This document shows positions 47,712 through 60,820 of a stretch of DNA of 64,000 nucleotides, piece by piece. This DNA comes from Phyllobates terribilis. Its lineage: Eukaryota. The first letter of the stretch is position 1; the number at the start of each line of letters is the position of its first letter. The notes beneath the pieces are model-generated. The model saw only the letters and a list, made by a program, of their open reading frames with translations. It ran no database searches and was not told the DNA's origin. The DNA is taken from positions 278,256,001 to 278,320,000 of the forward strand of contig NW_027362761.1 in assembly GCF_046119375.1 (NCBI RefSeq), in the 5' to 3' direction. The position numbers and the translations under genes are program-made.

Positions 47712-50700
47712 TAGAGATGAGCGATGTTCGACTAGAACTGTTCGCCAATCTCAAATTCGAGCTGTTTTGGGCGGTGTTCGAGTCGTTCGACGAACGCGAA
47801 CGATTTGCAAAAAATTCGGCTGTTCGAGGTTATGTTCGATAACTGTTCGTGCACCAAAAGCGTGTCCTGCATGTCTGGCGCTATTTAGAGCACCAATCAC
47901 GCAGGGATTGTCTGCCACTCACTGTAATGCCACAGCCATGGTGGTTGTGGCATTACAGTGGTTGCCCAAATCGATGGGAAACAGTGCTCACAGTGAAACA
48001 TGAAAAGCCGGCAATTCAGCAGTGGCATACACCGGTACCCGACAATTTAGAACCGAAAGAATAGAGTATCACACATAAATTAGATAGATAGAAACATGTC
48101 AGTCACATATATAAGAAGTACAGTGATAGTGTTGGTTAATGTACTTCTCATTTAGTGTTAAAGGATTTATTAAAAAAAATATTAGTGTTTTCATGCACCG
48201 TCTCTTTAAAAAAGCCGGCCGGCAATTCAGCAGTGGTACCCGACAATTTATAACAGAAAGAATAGCGCATCACACATAGATTAGATAGATAGAAACATGT
48301 CAGTCACATATATAAGAAATACAGTGATAGTGTTGAATACTGTACTTGTCATTTAGTGTTAAAATAAAGGATTTATTAAAAAAAAAATTGGCGTGGGGTT
48401 CCCCGTAATTTTAGTCTCTAGCGGAGGTTAAGCAGACGGCTGGGGCAGATGGTTGAAGCCTGGGAAGGGGGTAATACCCACGGAGCTTCCCAGGCTACTA
48501 ATATCAGACCCCAGCTGAATACCTAGCCTTTACTAGCTATTAAAATGGGGGACCCCCAAAAAAATGACGTGGTGTTCCCCCTATTTTAATAGCTAGCAAA
48601 GGCTAGGCTGACAGCTGGGGGCTGATATTAATAGCCCAGGAAGGGTGCCATGAATATTGGCCCCCTCCCAGGCTAGAAACACCATCCGTCAGCCGCCCCA
48701 GAAATGGCGCATCCATAGGATGCGCCAATTCTGGCACTTAGCCTCGCTCTTCCCACTGCCCTGTAGCCGTGGCTGTGGGGTAATAGGGCTGGGGTTGATG
48801 TCAGCTTATAATGCCAGCTGACATCAAGCCCAGGTTAGTAATGGAGAGGCATCTATAAGACACCCCCATTACTAACCCCATAGTCAAAGTTACAAAAAAA
48901 ACACAAACACCCAGAATAAAGTCCTTTAATTGAAATAAAGACACAATTCTTTATTGTTCTAAATTAAACCATACTTACCATCACGCCCATTCCAGCTGAA
49001 GCCAACGATCTCCTGCAATAAAAGTAAAATAATAAAGCAACATCATCCTTACCTTTCCATGGTTCCCACGACGGCTCCAGCTCTGCTACATTCACATGAC
49101 AGGCTGGACCGCAGCAGAACGCTGCCATCCAGCTTGCCATGCCGCAGAGACTGAGAAGCGCAGGCATGCTTGTGCTCCTCAGTGTCTGGCTGTGACGGCA
49201 TAAAGATGAGCCGAGGTCATGTTCAATGAACTCAGCTCACCTCATGCACATCACTGACAGTGTGGGAAAATTCTCTGCGCTCAGCGCTTGAGCAGGAGAA
49301 TTCTCCCACGCTGGGATGGCATTGAGATGACAGGCTGGATCACAGCTGAGCGCTGCCATCCAGCTTGTCATCCTTCAGAGACACTGCAGAGTGCAAGCAT
49401 GCCTGCGGTCTGCAGTGTCTTTGAAGGATGGCATGCTGGATGGCAGCGCTCAGCTGTGATCCAGCCTGTCATCTCAATGCCATCCCAGCGTGGGAGAATT
49501 CTCCTGCTGAAGCGCTGAGAATTTTCCCACGCTGTCAGTGACGTGCATGGGGTGAGCTGAGTTCATTGGACATGAGCTCACCTCATGCACGTCATTGACA
49601 GCGTGGGAAAATTCTCCTGCACTCACCGTATGCGCAGGAGAATTTTCCCACGCTGTCAGTGACGTGTATGAGGTGTGCTGAGTTCATTGGACATGAACTC
49701 GGCTCATCTGGATGCCGTCACAGCCAGACACTGAGGAGCTTAAGCATGCCTGCGCTGCTCAGTCTCTGCGGCATGGCAAGCTGGATGGCAGCGTTCTGCT
49801 GCGGTCCAGCCTGTCATGTGAATGTAGCAGAGCTGGAGCCGTCGTGGGAACCATGGAAAGGTAAGGATGATGTTGCTTTATTATTTTACTTTTATTGCAG
49901 GAGATCGTTGGCTTCAGCTTGAATGGGCGTGATGGTAAGTATGGTTTAATTTAGAACAATAAAGAATTGTGTCTTTATTTCAATTAAAGGACTTTATTCT
50001 GGGTGTTTGTGTTTTTTTGTAACTTTGACTATGGGGTTAGTAATGGGGGTGTCTTATAGACGCCTCTCCATTACTAACCTGGGCTTGATGTCAGCTGGCA
50101 TTATAAGCTGACATCAACCCCAGCCCTATTACCCCACTGCCACCGCTACAGGGCAGTGGGAAGAGCGAGGCTAAGTGCCAGAATTGGCGCATCCTATGGA
50201 TGCGCCATTTCTGGGGCGGCTGACGGCTGGTGTTTCTCGCCTGGGAGGGGGCCAATATTCATGGCACCCTTCCTGCGCTATTAATATCAGCCCCCAGTTG
50301 TCTGCCTAGCCTTTGCTAGCTATTAAAATAGGGGGGACCCCAAGTCATTTTTTTGGGGGTCCCCCATTTTAATAGCTAGTAAAGGCTAGGTATTCAGCTG
50401 GGGGCTGATATTAGTAGCCTGGGAAGCTCCGTGGGTATTACCCCCTTCCCAGGCTTTAACCATCTGCCCCAGCCGTCTGCTTAACCTCCGCTAGAGACTA
50501 AAATTACGGGGAACCCCACGCCAATTTTTTTTTTAATAAATTCTTTATTTTAACACTAAATGACAAGTACAGTAATCAACACTATCACTGTACTTCTTAT
50601 ATATGTGACTGACATGTTTCTATCTATCTAATCTATGTGTGATACTCTATTCTTTCTGTTATAAATTGTCGGGTACCGATGCTGAATTGCCGGCCGGCTT

Positions 50701-51130
50701 TTTTAAAGAGACGGTGCATGAAAACACTAATATTTTTTTTAATAAATCCTTTAACACTAAATGACAAGTACAGTAAACAACACTGTCACTGTACTTCTTA
50801 TATATGTGACTGACATGTTTCTATCTATCTAATCTATGTGTGATGCTCTATTCCTTCTTGTCTAAATTGTCGGGTACCGGTGTATGCCGCTGCTGAATTG
50901 CCGGCCGGCTTTTTTAAAGAGAGTGTCTTCTGAGCAGTTTGTCAGCTTTTGGACACCTTTGAAGGTGTTTTCTATGTGTTTCTATGTGTTTTTATTTGCC
51001 TGCCATTGGTTTTAACGGTGTTCGATGGTGTTCGACCGTGTTCTAAGGTGTTCGACGAACAATTCCACGAACATGCCGGTGTTCGACGAACCGAACTGAA
51101 CCCGAACACTACGGGGGCTGCTCAACACTA
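47712..51130 (+). mobile_element. Non-autonomous derivative of the 25747-38123 hAT family
   Basis: Perfect 8-bp TSD CTCGGGTA (47704-47711, 51131-51138). First ~145 bp match 25747-25891; last ~205 bp match 37937-38123. Confidence 0.93.
48003..50922. repeat. ~2.9-kb imperfect palindrome centred near 49400
   Basis: 48003-48420 is the reverse complement of ~50500-50922. The core ...gacactgcaga-18 nt-tctgcagtgtc... is at 49380-49419. Confidence 0.92.
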
Positions 51131-54100
51131 CTCGGGTATGCACCAAGTATTGCGGGTGCTGGAGTGACATGCTCGAGTCTCCGCCCCATATGTTTTGCAG
51201 CTGTTATACAGCCAAAAAAAACTTGTGGGGATTGTCTGCCATGCACGCACGATCCCTGCATATTGTTTTTTTTTGGGTGTCTAATAACCATGAAACATGC
51301 GGGCGGGGACTCGAGCATGTCACTTGAGCACCCGCAATACACGGTGCATACCTGAGCACCCGATGTAAACTCAAGTAGCGAGCACTTGAGCTCAAGACTA
51401 ATGACAACTTATTCAATATGATGACCTAATGTTATCAAATTTTGTGTCGTACCTCTGGGCTCAAAATGTTCACTATACCCCTTGATAAAATCCTTGAGGG
51501 GGGTAGTTTCCAAAATGGGGTCAGTTGTGCAGGGTTTCCACTGTTTAGTCACATCAGGGGCTCTCCAAAAGCAGCATGGTGTCCCCTAATTATTCAAGCA
51601 AAGTTTACATTCAAAAAGTCAAATGGCTCGCCTTCCCTTCCGAGCCCTGCCGTGCGCCCAAACAGTGGTTTTCCCCCACATATGAGGTATCAGCGTACTC
51701 AGGAGGACTTGCACAACAAATTGCATGGTGCAATTTCTCCTGTTACCCTTATGAAAATTCAAAATTGGAGGCTGAAAAACATTTTTGTTGCAAAAATGTG
51801 AAAATTTTATTTTTACGGCTCAATGTTCTAAACTTCTGTGAAGCACCTGGGGGTTCAAGGTGCTCACCACACATCTAGATAAGTTCCCTGAGGGGTCTAG
51901 TTTCCAAATTGGTATCACATCAGGGGCTCCCCAAACGTAACATGGTGTCCGCTAATTATTCAAGCAAATTTTACATTTAAAAAGCCAAATAGCGCTCCTT
52001 CCCTTCCGAGCCCTGCAGTGCTCCCAAACAGTGTTTTTCCCCCATATATGGGGTATTGGCGTGCTCAGGACAAATTGCACAACAAATTTTGGGGTCCATT
52101 TTTTCCTGTTCCCCTGCGAAAATAAAAAAAATTGGGGTCTAAATTAACATTTTTGTGAAAAAAGTTAAATGTTCATTTTTTCCTTCCACATTCCAAAAAT
52201 TCCTGTGAAACACCTGAAGGGTTAATAAACTACTTGAATGTGGTTTTGAGCACCTTGAGGGTTTCAGTTTTTAGAATGGTGTCACTTCTTGGTATTTTCT
52301 TCCATAAAGGCCCCTCAAAATCACTTCAAATTTTGTTGGAAAATTTAGAAATCGCTGGTCAACTTTTAACCCTTATAGCTCCCTAACAAAAAAAATTTTG
52401 GTTCCAAAATTGTGCTGATGTAAAGTAGACATGTGGGAAATGATATTTATTAACTATTTTGTGTGACATATCTCTCTGATTTAAGGGCATCAAAATTAAA
52501 ATTTTAAAAATTGCAAAATTTTCTAAATTTTTGCAAAATTTCCGTTTGTTTCACAAATAAACGCAAGCATTATCGAAGAAATGTTACCACTATCATGAAG
52601 TACAATATATCACGAAAAAACAACCTCAGAATCAGGGGGATCCGTTGAAGTGTTCCAGAGTTATTACCTCATAAAGTGACAGTGGTCAGAATTGTAAAAA
52701 TTGGCCTGGTCATTAACGTGCAAACCACCCTCGGGGGTAAAGGGGTTAAATCAGACTGGCAAGTGGTTTTCTGCTAGTCAATAGTAACAAATCAAGTTCT
52801 TAATACATATTGAGAATTTATAAAAAGTTATAAAATGGATTCCAAAATTTTAGGGCAATTAAAAAATGAAAAATGACAATTCATAGTGTTCATCATTCTT
52901 ATTTTTTTTTTTTACTTTTAGATTCTACAAATTGAGGAATCTTAAGTTCTGTGTAGAAAACACACATTATGGCCGCTTGGATTCTTCTGCCTGAGATGCA
53001 CATTATATGTTTGCCAGAAGAGTAAGACTGTAAAGATGGATTTATGGCTAGAAAATAAAAATGTTGTTTGGTAATTTGTTTGCTTTTTAAAAATAAAGCA
53101 ATATGTTTCTCTTATGTTGTCTTTATTAAAAAAGAAACATAAATATTGTCTTATTGGAAATTGTGGGGGAATTATCTCCTGATATTCTGTTTTTTTCCTT
53201 TTATGGTGAAGGATGTTCTGATGCATTCAACTACCTCAGGTTTACTGCATCTCGTATCTCTGATTATACCCCGTCAATACCAAACAACAAAGTTAATCTT
53301 GTTTTAGGAATCAGAGACATAACAGGGATTTGCCAGACTTGGAATTTCCAATTCACGGTGTTAAAAACAAGAACAAGGCTTGTGGATCTAATTGCCTTCT
53401 TAAGAAGAAAAGCGGAGAAGTCGAGTTACAGTTGCATTCCCTTCATATTTCCAAACATTTAAGCAGAACCTGAGTGTCGCTCATGTTGCCGTGTCTCAAC
53501 CTGAAATCTATTCACAAAGCCTCACAAGTGCAATGATTTCCTGAGAACAACACTTACAGTACAATTTATGACAAGCCAAATGCCAACTCTGCAGAATAAA
53601 AAACTTGTGGCATTACGATTTGTCAAAGCTTGCAGGAATAAACTGTAAATATAGGTAGGTCACAAGAGATGGGCTATCATCTATATGATATATAGGTAAC
53701 AGACTTAGCTCAGACTAGCACAATATGTCACTGAATTCTTCCCTTGGGGTAACTATATGTCAGTACTAGGTAGCATTGACCTAGAACCATATCTCATAAA
53801 AGAAGTGCTATAGATAATATTGTGCTGCTGATCTATTGTTTTTAAAGCATACATTCTGTTTCACAAGAAAAGGATTATAGACAGAAACCTGCAATATAAT
53901 TATTTTTCTAATCAGTGTAGCCCGGAGCACAGACGTCAGGCAGTCCGTTCTGTGGATTATCGGCAAAGATCGCTAATAGAGTGTTTAACAAAAATGATTA
54001 TCCTGCAGGATAAAACTGTAATTGTTTTCTTGTGAGACAAGGTCAAATAAAAACAAATTTAATAGAAGCGTAAACATAAATTAGAAGCTATACTTAGTAT

Positions 54101-54671
54101 AGGGGCTTTCAAATGGAGTGTCTCAGTCGATTTATGTTGACCAAACCACCATCAGGTCAGCATGAATCCAAGTCTGGCCTTTCAGACAAAACATAATTTG
54201 AAGTGTTCCGCATCATTTGATTGACCGGTCTCTCCTGATGTAAACACATGGGAGAGACCTGTCAGTCAACTACAGTAATGTGGGGAGAAGCTAGTTGGGA
54301 GTGTCACCAGATTAGTCTTGACTCTACCTATAGTCATCAGCAAAATCTTCAAACTATGTTTTCTATAAAATGCTGGAGTGTTTTAGGAAAAAACATACCC
54401 AGCTCTGATTCATATTGCCTTTGGATTGGATAGCTTAGATCGATTGACAGGTTTCTCGTTAACAACTTTGAGATTGAGGTATATTTCCGATAAAAAGTCT
54501 GTTTGTCTCCATGTTCACAGATTTCAAATAAACCCTATTCCTCATTTCTCCCAGCTCCAACTTATGGTTCTCTGACCTCCAAGTGCTCTGGCAAGCTTTC
54601 TCTACCCTTATGTGTATTTGGATACTAAGGTTACCAAGTTGCTAACCTAGTTGTCGCTTCTGAGGTCTTAT

Positions 54672-55048
54672 GAGTAACCGTCATTTTACTTTTTATTTCA
54701 TATATCAATAGTACACATGAAAATAAGATAGCATGAGATAGGAGTTGCTACTGATGAGATTCTATGTAGATGGGAGGAGGGAGGATCTAGAGGCAGAACT
54801 TCTACCTCCTCCTATCCCTCCTATCTACATAGGAGATGGCAGTTGCTATCTATAGATTTTAACTCAGTAATGGGAAAGTCTGTCTTCACTGAATACAGAT
54901 TTTACCTCAGAATTGAGAATTTTGATAATGACTGATACATTTTGGCAGAGAAAGAAGCAGATTTCTCTGATAAGATATATTATAATGTTGCTTATTTTCA
55001 TGTGTACGATTGATTTATGAAATACATATGAAAAAGATGGTTACACTT
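54672..55048. mobile_element. Degenerate T2/Kolobok-type MITE
   Basis: Subterminal inverted repeat tatttcatatatcaatagtacacatgaaaataag / cttattttcatgtgtacgattgatttatgaaata; TTAA on the right; internal hairpin 54760-54830. Confidence 0.55.
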
Positions 55049-55261
55049 TAAAGACTCACTGAGTATTAAAATTTTTGATTCTGTGCTCAACTCTGCAACA
55101 CTAAGGTGCCCCCTGACATATACAGCTGTTGTTCTGTTCCACCCTACTGTACAAGTTGCATCCAACTCTGGTACTACATTGGGTATGGTATACCAAATGT
55201 GCCTCCCAACATATTTAGCTCTGCTGCTGCATTACACTCTGCTGTACCAATGTACCTCCTG

Positions 55262-56346
55262 ACAGGGCGTTAAACTAGAAGAAGAGGGGATGGGAAGAAA
55301 AACGCCGGACACGAACATGCAACCAGAGAACATACTAATGAAAGATATGAAGTGCGACAAAGAAGGTCCAAGACAAGATACTTGGAAGGGAGGTAAGAAA
55401 ATTTCTAATACAATCCACAGGGAGAAGATTGGAACAAAACAAAATTGTGTAAACTGCGTGCTAGCAAATGCCAGAAGCCTGACAAACAAGATGGATGAAC
55501 TGGAAGCAGAAATATCTACAGGTAACTATGACATAGTGGGAATAACCGAGACATGGTTAGATGAAAGCTATGACTGGGCAGTTAACTTACAGGGTTACAG
55601 TCTGTTTAGAAGGGATCGAAGAAATCGGAAAGGGGGTGGAGTCTGTCTATATATAAAGACGTGTCTAAAGCCTACAATACGGGAGCATGCATGGGAGGGA
55701 AATGAGGAGGTCGAGTCCTTATGGGTGGAGATACATGGGGAAAAAATAATAATAAAATTATCATAGGAGTCTGTTATAAACCACCAAATATAGCAGAAGC
55801 CACGGAAAGTCTATTAATGAGACAAATAGATGAAGTAGCAAAAAATAACGAGGTGATTATTATGGGGGACTTCAACTACCCCGATATAGACTGGGAAACC
55901 GAAAGCTGTAGATCTCAGAAAGGAAACAGGTTTCTGTCAATTATCAAAGACAATTATTTGTCACAACTTGTGCAGGAACCAACTAGAGGGATGGCCCTTT
56001 TAGACTTAATATTAACTAACAGGCCAGACAGAATAACTGAGGTGCAGGTCGGGGGACACCTGGGAAATAGTGACCACAACATTATACAATTCCACATGTG
56101 CTTCAGTAGGGTGCCCAGCAAGGGAGTCACAAAAACACTGAACTTCAGGAGGGCAAAGTTTGATCAGCTAAGAGATGCCCTTCACCTTATAGACTGGGAT
56201 AGTATCTTTAGTAATAGGAGCACGGATAGAAAATGGGAAATTTTCAAAACAGTCCTACATAGTCACTGTAGAAGGTACATACCTTATGGGAATGAAAAGG
56301 CTAGGAATAGGAGGAAGCCAATGTGGCTAAATAAGGAAGTCAAGAG
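55262..56346 (+). mobile_element. CR1 LINE: end of ORF1 plus ORF2 APE endonuclease, cut by hAT copy 2
   Basis: gcgttaaactag resembles a CR1 ORF1 end. NARSL..GITETW..FRRDR..KGGGV; GVCYKPP; MGDFNYPDIDW; LDLILTN; SDHN. Frameshift at ~55745. Confidence 0.9.
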
Positions 56347-57228
56347 TAGTGTTGAGCCACCCCCGTAGTGTTCGAGTTCGGTTCGGTTCGTCGAACACCC
56401 GTGTGCTCGCCGAACTGTTCGTCGAACTGTTCGTCGAACACCTTCGAACACCGTTAAAACCTATGGCAGGCAAACAAAAACACATAGAAACACATAGAAA
56501 ACACCTTCAAAGGTGTCCAAAAGCTGACAAACTGCTCAGAAGACACAACTAACACATGGAAAAGTGACAAATACATATAGTCATGCGAAAAGAAAAGAGG
56601 TGGAGGAGTAAAAGGAGGGGGAGACACAGATATAGGCATGTCATGCCCTTCTAAAATCCAAAAAGTGAGAAGCCGAGACGGCCAGTCCGCTCCTGCCCGT
56701 GCCACCTCCGTGTCGCCGGGTTTGTGCCAGAGCCGCGGTGAACCCTGACGGCCAGCCCCCCTCTCCCAATACTGGTGCCTGTCCGCTGGTGGGTCGAGAG
56801 AGCCCCCCTGTGGTGGAGGCAGCTCTAAGCTTTTTAATTTAAATTGTCCCTCTAATTTGAATGAATACACTTTAAATCCATTTACAAGGATCTATTGGAG
56901 GGCAAGTCTCATGCCAGCAGCCGCGTAATTCCAGCTCCAGTAGCATCCACTAAAGCTGCTGCAGTTAAAAAGCTTTTATAAGGATCGAGCTCGGCTGTCC
57001 ACCGCAAGGCATCCTAGTGCCAGTCCCAGTCCCTATGCCTTGGGGTGCCTCCTGATGCTCTTCACTAAGTATCCCGTGGTCCCGAAGCATTTCCTTTGAA
57101 AAAATTAAGTGTCCAAACTACAGGTGGTGTAGCTTGCTTAACAGCCGGGATAATCCGCTGACTAGCAGACACTGCTACTAGGCACAAAGTATTTCCTGGG
57201 CTAGATGCAGTTAAAAATTTGTAAGTAG

Positions 57229-59050
57229 ATACTCTCGTTGGATGCTGAGAAAGCATTCCATAGAGTCTCCTGGCACGCCATATATGATTCTCTTAAAAAG
57301 CTTGGGGTAGGGGTCTAGGGGACCCTTTTATAGCCAAAATCACGGCCCTGTATCACAATACGTCACCTAGGCTGAAGATAAATGGAACTGTAGCACCGAG
57401 GGCTCGGTTGCTACAGACGTATTGCACCTCACCCAGAGGTGTGATATCTCACTCTCAGATAAGGATGGAGTGTGGATCAGGACCCGACACCTGCATGCAT
57501 TACACCACATTGCCGTGGGGCAGGGCGACCAATATGCCCCTGAGATGGGCACGACAGTCCCTGTCCCTGGCTGGAATGGGGGGAGGGAACACTGAGGAAG
57601 GGGAACCCTGCAGTGCAGGAGCAGGGAGGAAGCAGTTCCTGGGTGCATTGAGAAGGGAGTATAAAAGGTGGGCACCATCTTAGTTCAGTGCAGAGAAGTC
57701 TGAGCAGAAGTGGCAGGGAGCAGGGGCTCTGCATGAGCTCTGCTCCGGAGGCGGGCCTAGTAACAGAGGCCCAGGCCTGCAAGAGGGAGAAGGAAGGAAG
57801 AGGAGCGGAGAAGGCTCCAGGAATGAGGAATGAAGGGATCCCAGGGGTGCGGACGGGCGAGTCGCCACCGCACGCCCGAATCCACCTGCGTGGAGGGGTC
57901 AGGCCAAAGGGGGAGACCGGTCCCCGAACTAGTGGAGGCAGGAAACGACCCTCAGCTAGAAACCGGAGGCTCTGACATTTTATGTGGCGCAGCCCCTTGC
58001 TCCACCCGCTAGGAAGGCACCACATAGGGTCAGGGAAACTGGCGCCAAGTTTACCAAGAGGAGGCCCGAGGCAGCCGGACAGAAGTGTTGGTAAGAAAGG
58101 CCAGACAAAGGACACACAAAGGGGGTCCTGTGAAGCGCTCCAAAGTTATCTGGGAGTTGTCTGAGCCCCTCACCTGGTGAGCACAGTACGACGTGGGCAG
58201 CCGTTACCTGCAGACGTGGTCTGGATAATAAGAACTGTGAGTAAAGGCCCTGAACTGCATCACTGACTCCGTGTCGTTACTGCTGCTGCCCTGCACCATC
58301 ACCCCCATCCTCCGCATACACTGCCCTGAGGCTACACTCCTCCCGTGGGGAGTTATGCTACGCTCTGCTGCACCCACAACACCAGCCTTAGCGGTCTGCC
58401 CTGTAGCGGCGGTTCACTCTGACCGCAATCCACGGGTGGCGTAGTCGGACATTTAAACATCAAAACCACATAAATAGTTCCGCCACTGGTTTGACCGCCC
58501 TGAGCCACGGAACCGGATCGCCGCCACGAAGACTACAACCACCAGCATCCACCAAAAAGGGTCCGGCTCCGGGTGTCCCAAGGCCCAGGGGGTGCGTCAG
58601 AACATTTTCATCACCTTTCACAATCACCAATGGGACAAGGCAGGGATGTCCTCTGTCCCCTCTCTTATACATCCTAGTGACGGAGCACCTGCTCTCATCA
58701 ATTCGCCATAACCCCAATATTAGGTGGATTGAGGTGGGAGGCACCGAGTACAAGTGCTCTCTATTTGCTGATGATGTCCTAGTATATATCACTCAATCAC
58801 ATATATCCATCCCTGCTGTTATGGCTGAAATAGATCACTTTGTTACATGGTAAAATTTTAAAATCAATGCAGCGAAGTCTGAGGCCCTCGATGTCTCCCT
58901 CCCTAAATCCATATAGGATTCCATCCAGTCCAACTTTCCCTTTGCCTGGCCCTCACAGGGTATCAAATACTTAGGAATTCCTATTCATAGAGACCTCTCC
59001 CATCTATGTTATCTTAATTTTGGGCCCTTTATTGAACAATTCCATACAGA
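57229..59050 (+). mobile_element. L1 RT fragment in hAT copy 2
   Basis: Mirror of 35431-37255. Confidence 0.88.
57389..58599 (+). mobile_element. Solo LTR in hAT copy 2
   Basis: TSD GAAC (57385-57388, 58600-58603); mirror of 35882-37093. Confidence 0.8.
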
Positions 59051-59121
59051 CCACGGTTGGCAAGTTAGAACTGTAAGATTCACTACGTGAACCACTGGTG
59101 TTTTGTGGAAAAGCACATGTA

Positions 59122-60495
59122 CACCGCGTTCCAAATTATTATGCAAAAAGTGTTTAGGAGTGATAAGGGAAGAATTTGTTTGTTTGTCAGTTAAACTCAT
59201 TGATGGTGATGTGTGTCAGGGCTCTTTATATCACTGTAAGCAATTGCAGACACCTGTGCTAATTAGTTTGGCAGGTGTGTCCAATGAAAGGCAAGACTAC
59301 TTAAGAAGGCTCTCTCACATTATTAAGCAGCCTACATTTTCTGCCAAAATGGGAAAGAAAAAGGATGTGTCGGCTGCTGAGAAGCAACAAATTGTGGAGT
59401 GTTTAGGTCAAGGCATGACTACAATCAACATTGTGCGATGATCAGGATGAAGTGTCTTGGCAATCAAGAAGTATGTAGCTGATTCACAGTACACACGTGT
59501 GCGTGCTGATAAGGGCAAATTGAGAACTCTTTCCTACAGGCAATTACGTCAGGTTGAAACAGCAGCGGCAAAAAAGCCTTGTCATAGCAGCAGACAAGTT
59601 TTTGAAGCTGCTTGTGCCTCCAACGTCCCCCGAACAACAAGATGCAGGGTCCTTCAGAGGTTTGCAGCTGTGCATATGCCATCCTGTCGACCTCCTCTAT
59701 CCACTTCACACAAGCAGAAACGGCTCCAGTGGGCCAAACATTACATGAAGACTGATTTCAAAACTGTTTTGTTCACGGATGAGTGCCGTGCAGCGCTCGA
59801 TGGTCCAGATGAATGGAGTGGAGGATGGCTGGTTGATGGACACCCCACGCAAACACGGCTACAGCGCCAACAAGGAGGAGGTGGAGTAATGTTTTGGGCT
59901 GGAATCATGGGGAGAGAGATTGTCGGCCCCTTTAGGATCCCTGAAGGCGCTAAAGATGAACTCCATAATGTATGTGGATTTTCTCAAACAGCACTTCCTG
60001 CCATGGTTCAAGAAGAAGAACCGTGTATTTCACAGCAAGATCATTTTTCTGCATGATAATGCACCATCTCATGCTGCACATAAAACATCTGCATCTCTGG
60101 CTGATATGGGCATAAAAGGGGACAAACTTATGGTGTGACCCCCATGCTCCCCTGACCTCTACCCCATTCAGAACCTTTGGAGCATCATTAAAAGGAGTGT
60201 CTATGATGGCGGGAGGCAGTTCACATCTAAGCAACAGCTCTGGGAGGGTATTCTGTCCTCATGCAAAACAATTGAAGCAGAAACCATCCAAAACCTGACA
60301 AATTCAATGGACGAGAGAGTTCAGAAGCTCCTTTCGAACAAGGGGTCCTATGTGAAAATGTAACATCACCTAGAATAAAGTTTTGAGTTGAAAACTGTTT
60401 GATTTCAGTTTCTAACAACCTGCTAATGCTTATAATTTCAAAAATGACCATTTTTTTGGTCTTTATTAAAATGAAAAGGTTGATCGAAAAGTTTG
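59122..60495 (+). mobile_element. DD37E (TRT-type) Tc1 relic in hAT copy 2
   Basis: Mirror of 33986-35359 with the same stops and the same E-to-Q change. Confidence 0.85.
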
Positions 60496-60820
60496 GGGGA
60501 TCTAAGAGTGTGGCAACCCAGTAGTCATGATTACTTCGAATTCTGACAATATGAGGGTCATGCTGCAGGTAGTGCAGCAAGAAGGCACTTATGTGTCTTG
60601 CGCATCTCGGAGCCCCAAAATTATTTTCCGGGCTAGATGCAGCTAAAAATTATTTTTAATTTTAAATCTGGTGAAGCTTATTATAGATGGCCTAATAGGA
60701 TCAGTGCTGCACACTGCTACAAAGCCCAAATTATTTTCCAGTCAAGATACAGATAAACATGATTAGTAATTTGAAAGCTTAAAACGGTTGGTAGGGTGAT
60801 TTTAACCAATCATCAAGCTT

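Larger units (their letters stand above)
47663..51400. mobile_element. hAT-type MITE (47663-47711 plus 51131-51400), split by a nested hAT derivative
   Basis: TIRs tagtgagcgcaagtgctcgctacttgagttt / aaactcaagtagcgagcacttgagctcaagacta; flanks atggcgac/atgacaac (6/8). Confidence 0.75.
46159..52745. mobile_element. Non-autonomous piggyBac-like element (TTAA|CCCCTT...AAGGGG|TTAA) with nested hATs
   Basis: TTAA at 46155-46158 and 52746-52749; ccccttt/aaagggg termini. Internal tandem duplications (~46900-47560 and ~51480-52120). No transposase seen. Confidence 0.7.

Noticed and set aside
52750-54660. Search for exons of a downstream neighbour gene
   Set aside because: No ORF with recognisable protein similarity or convincing splice-bounded exon was seen.
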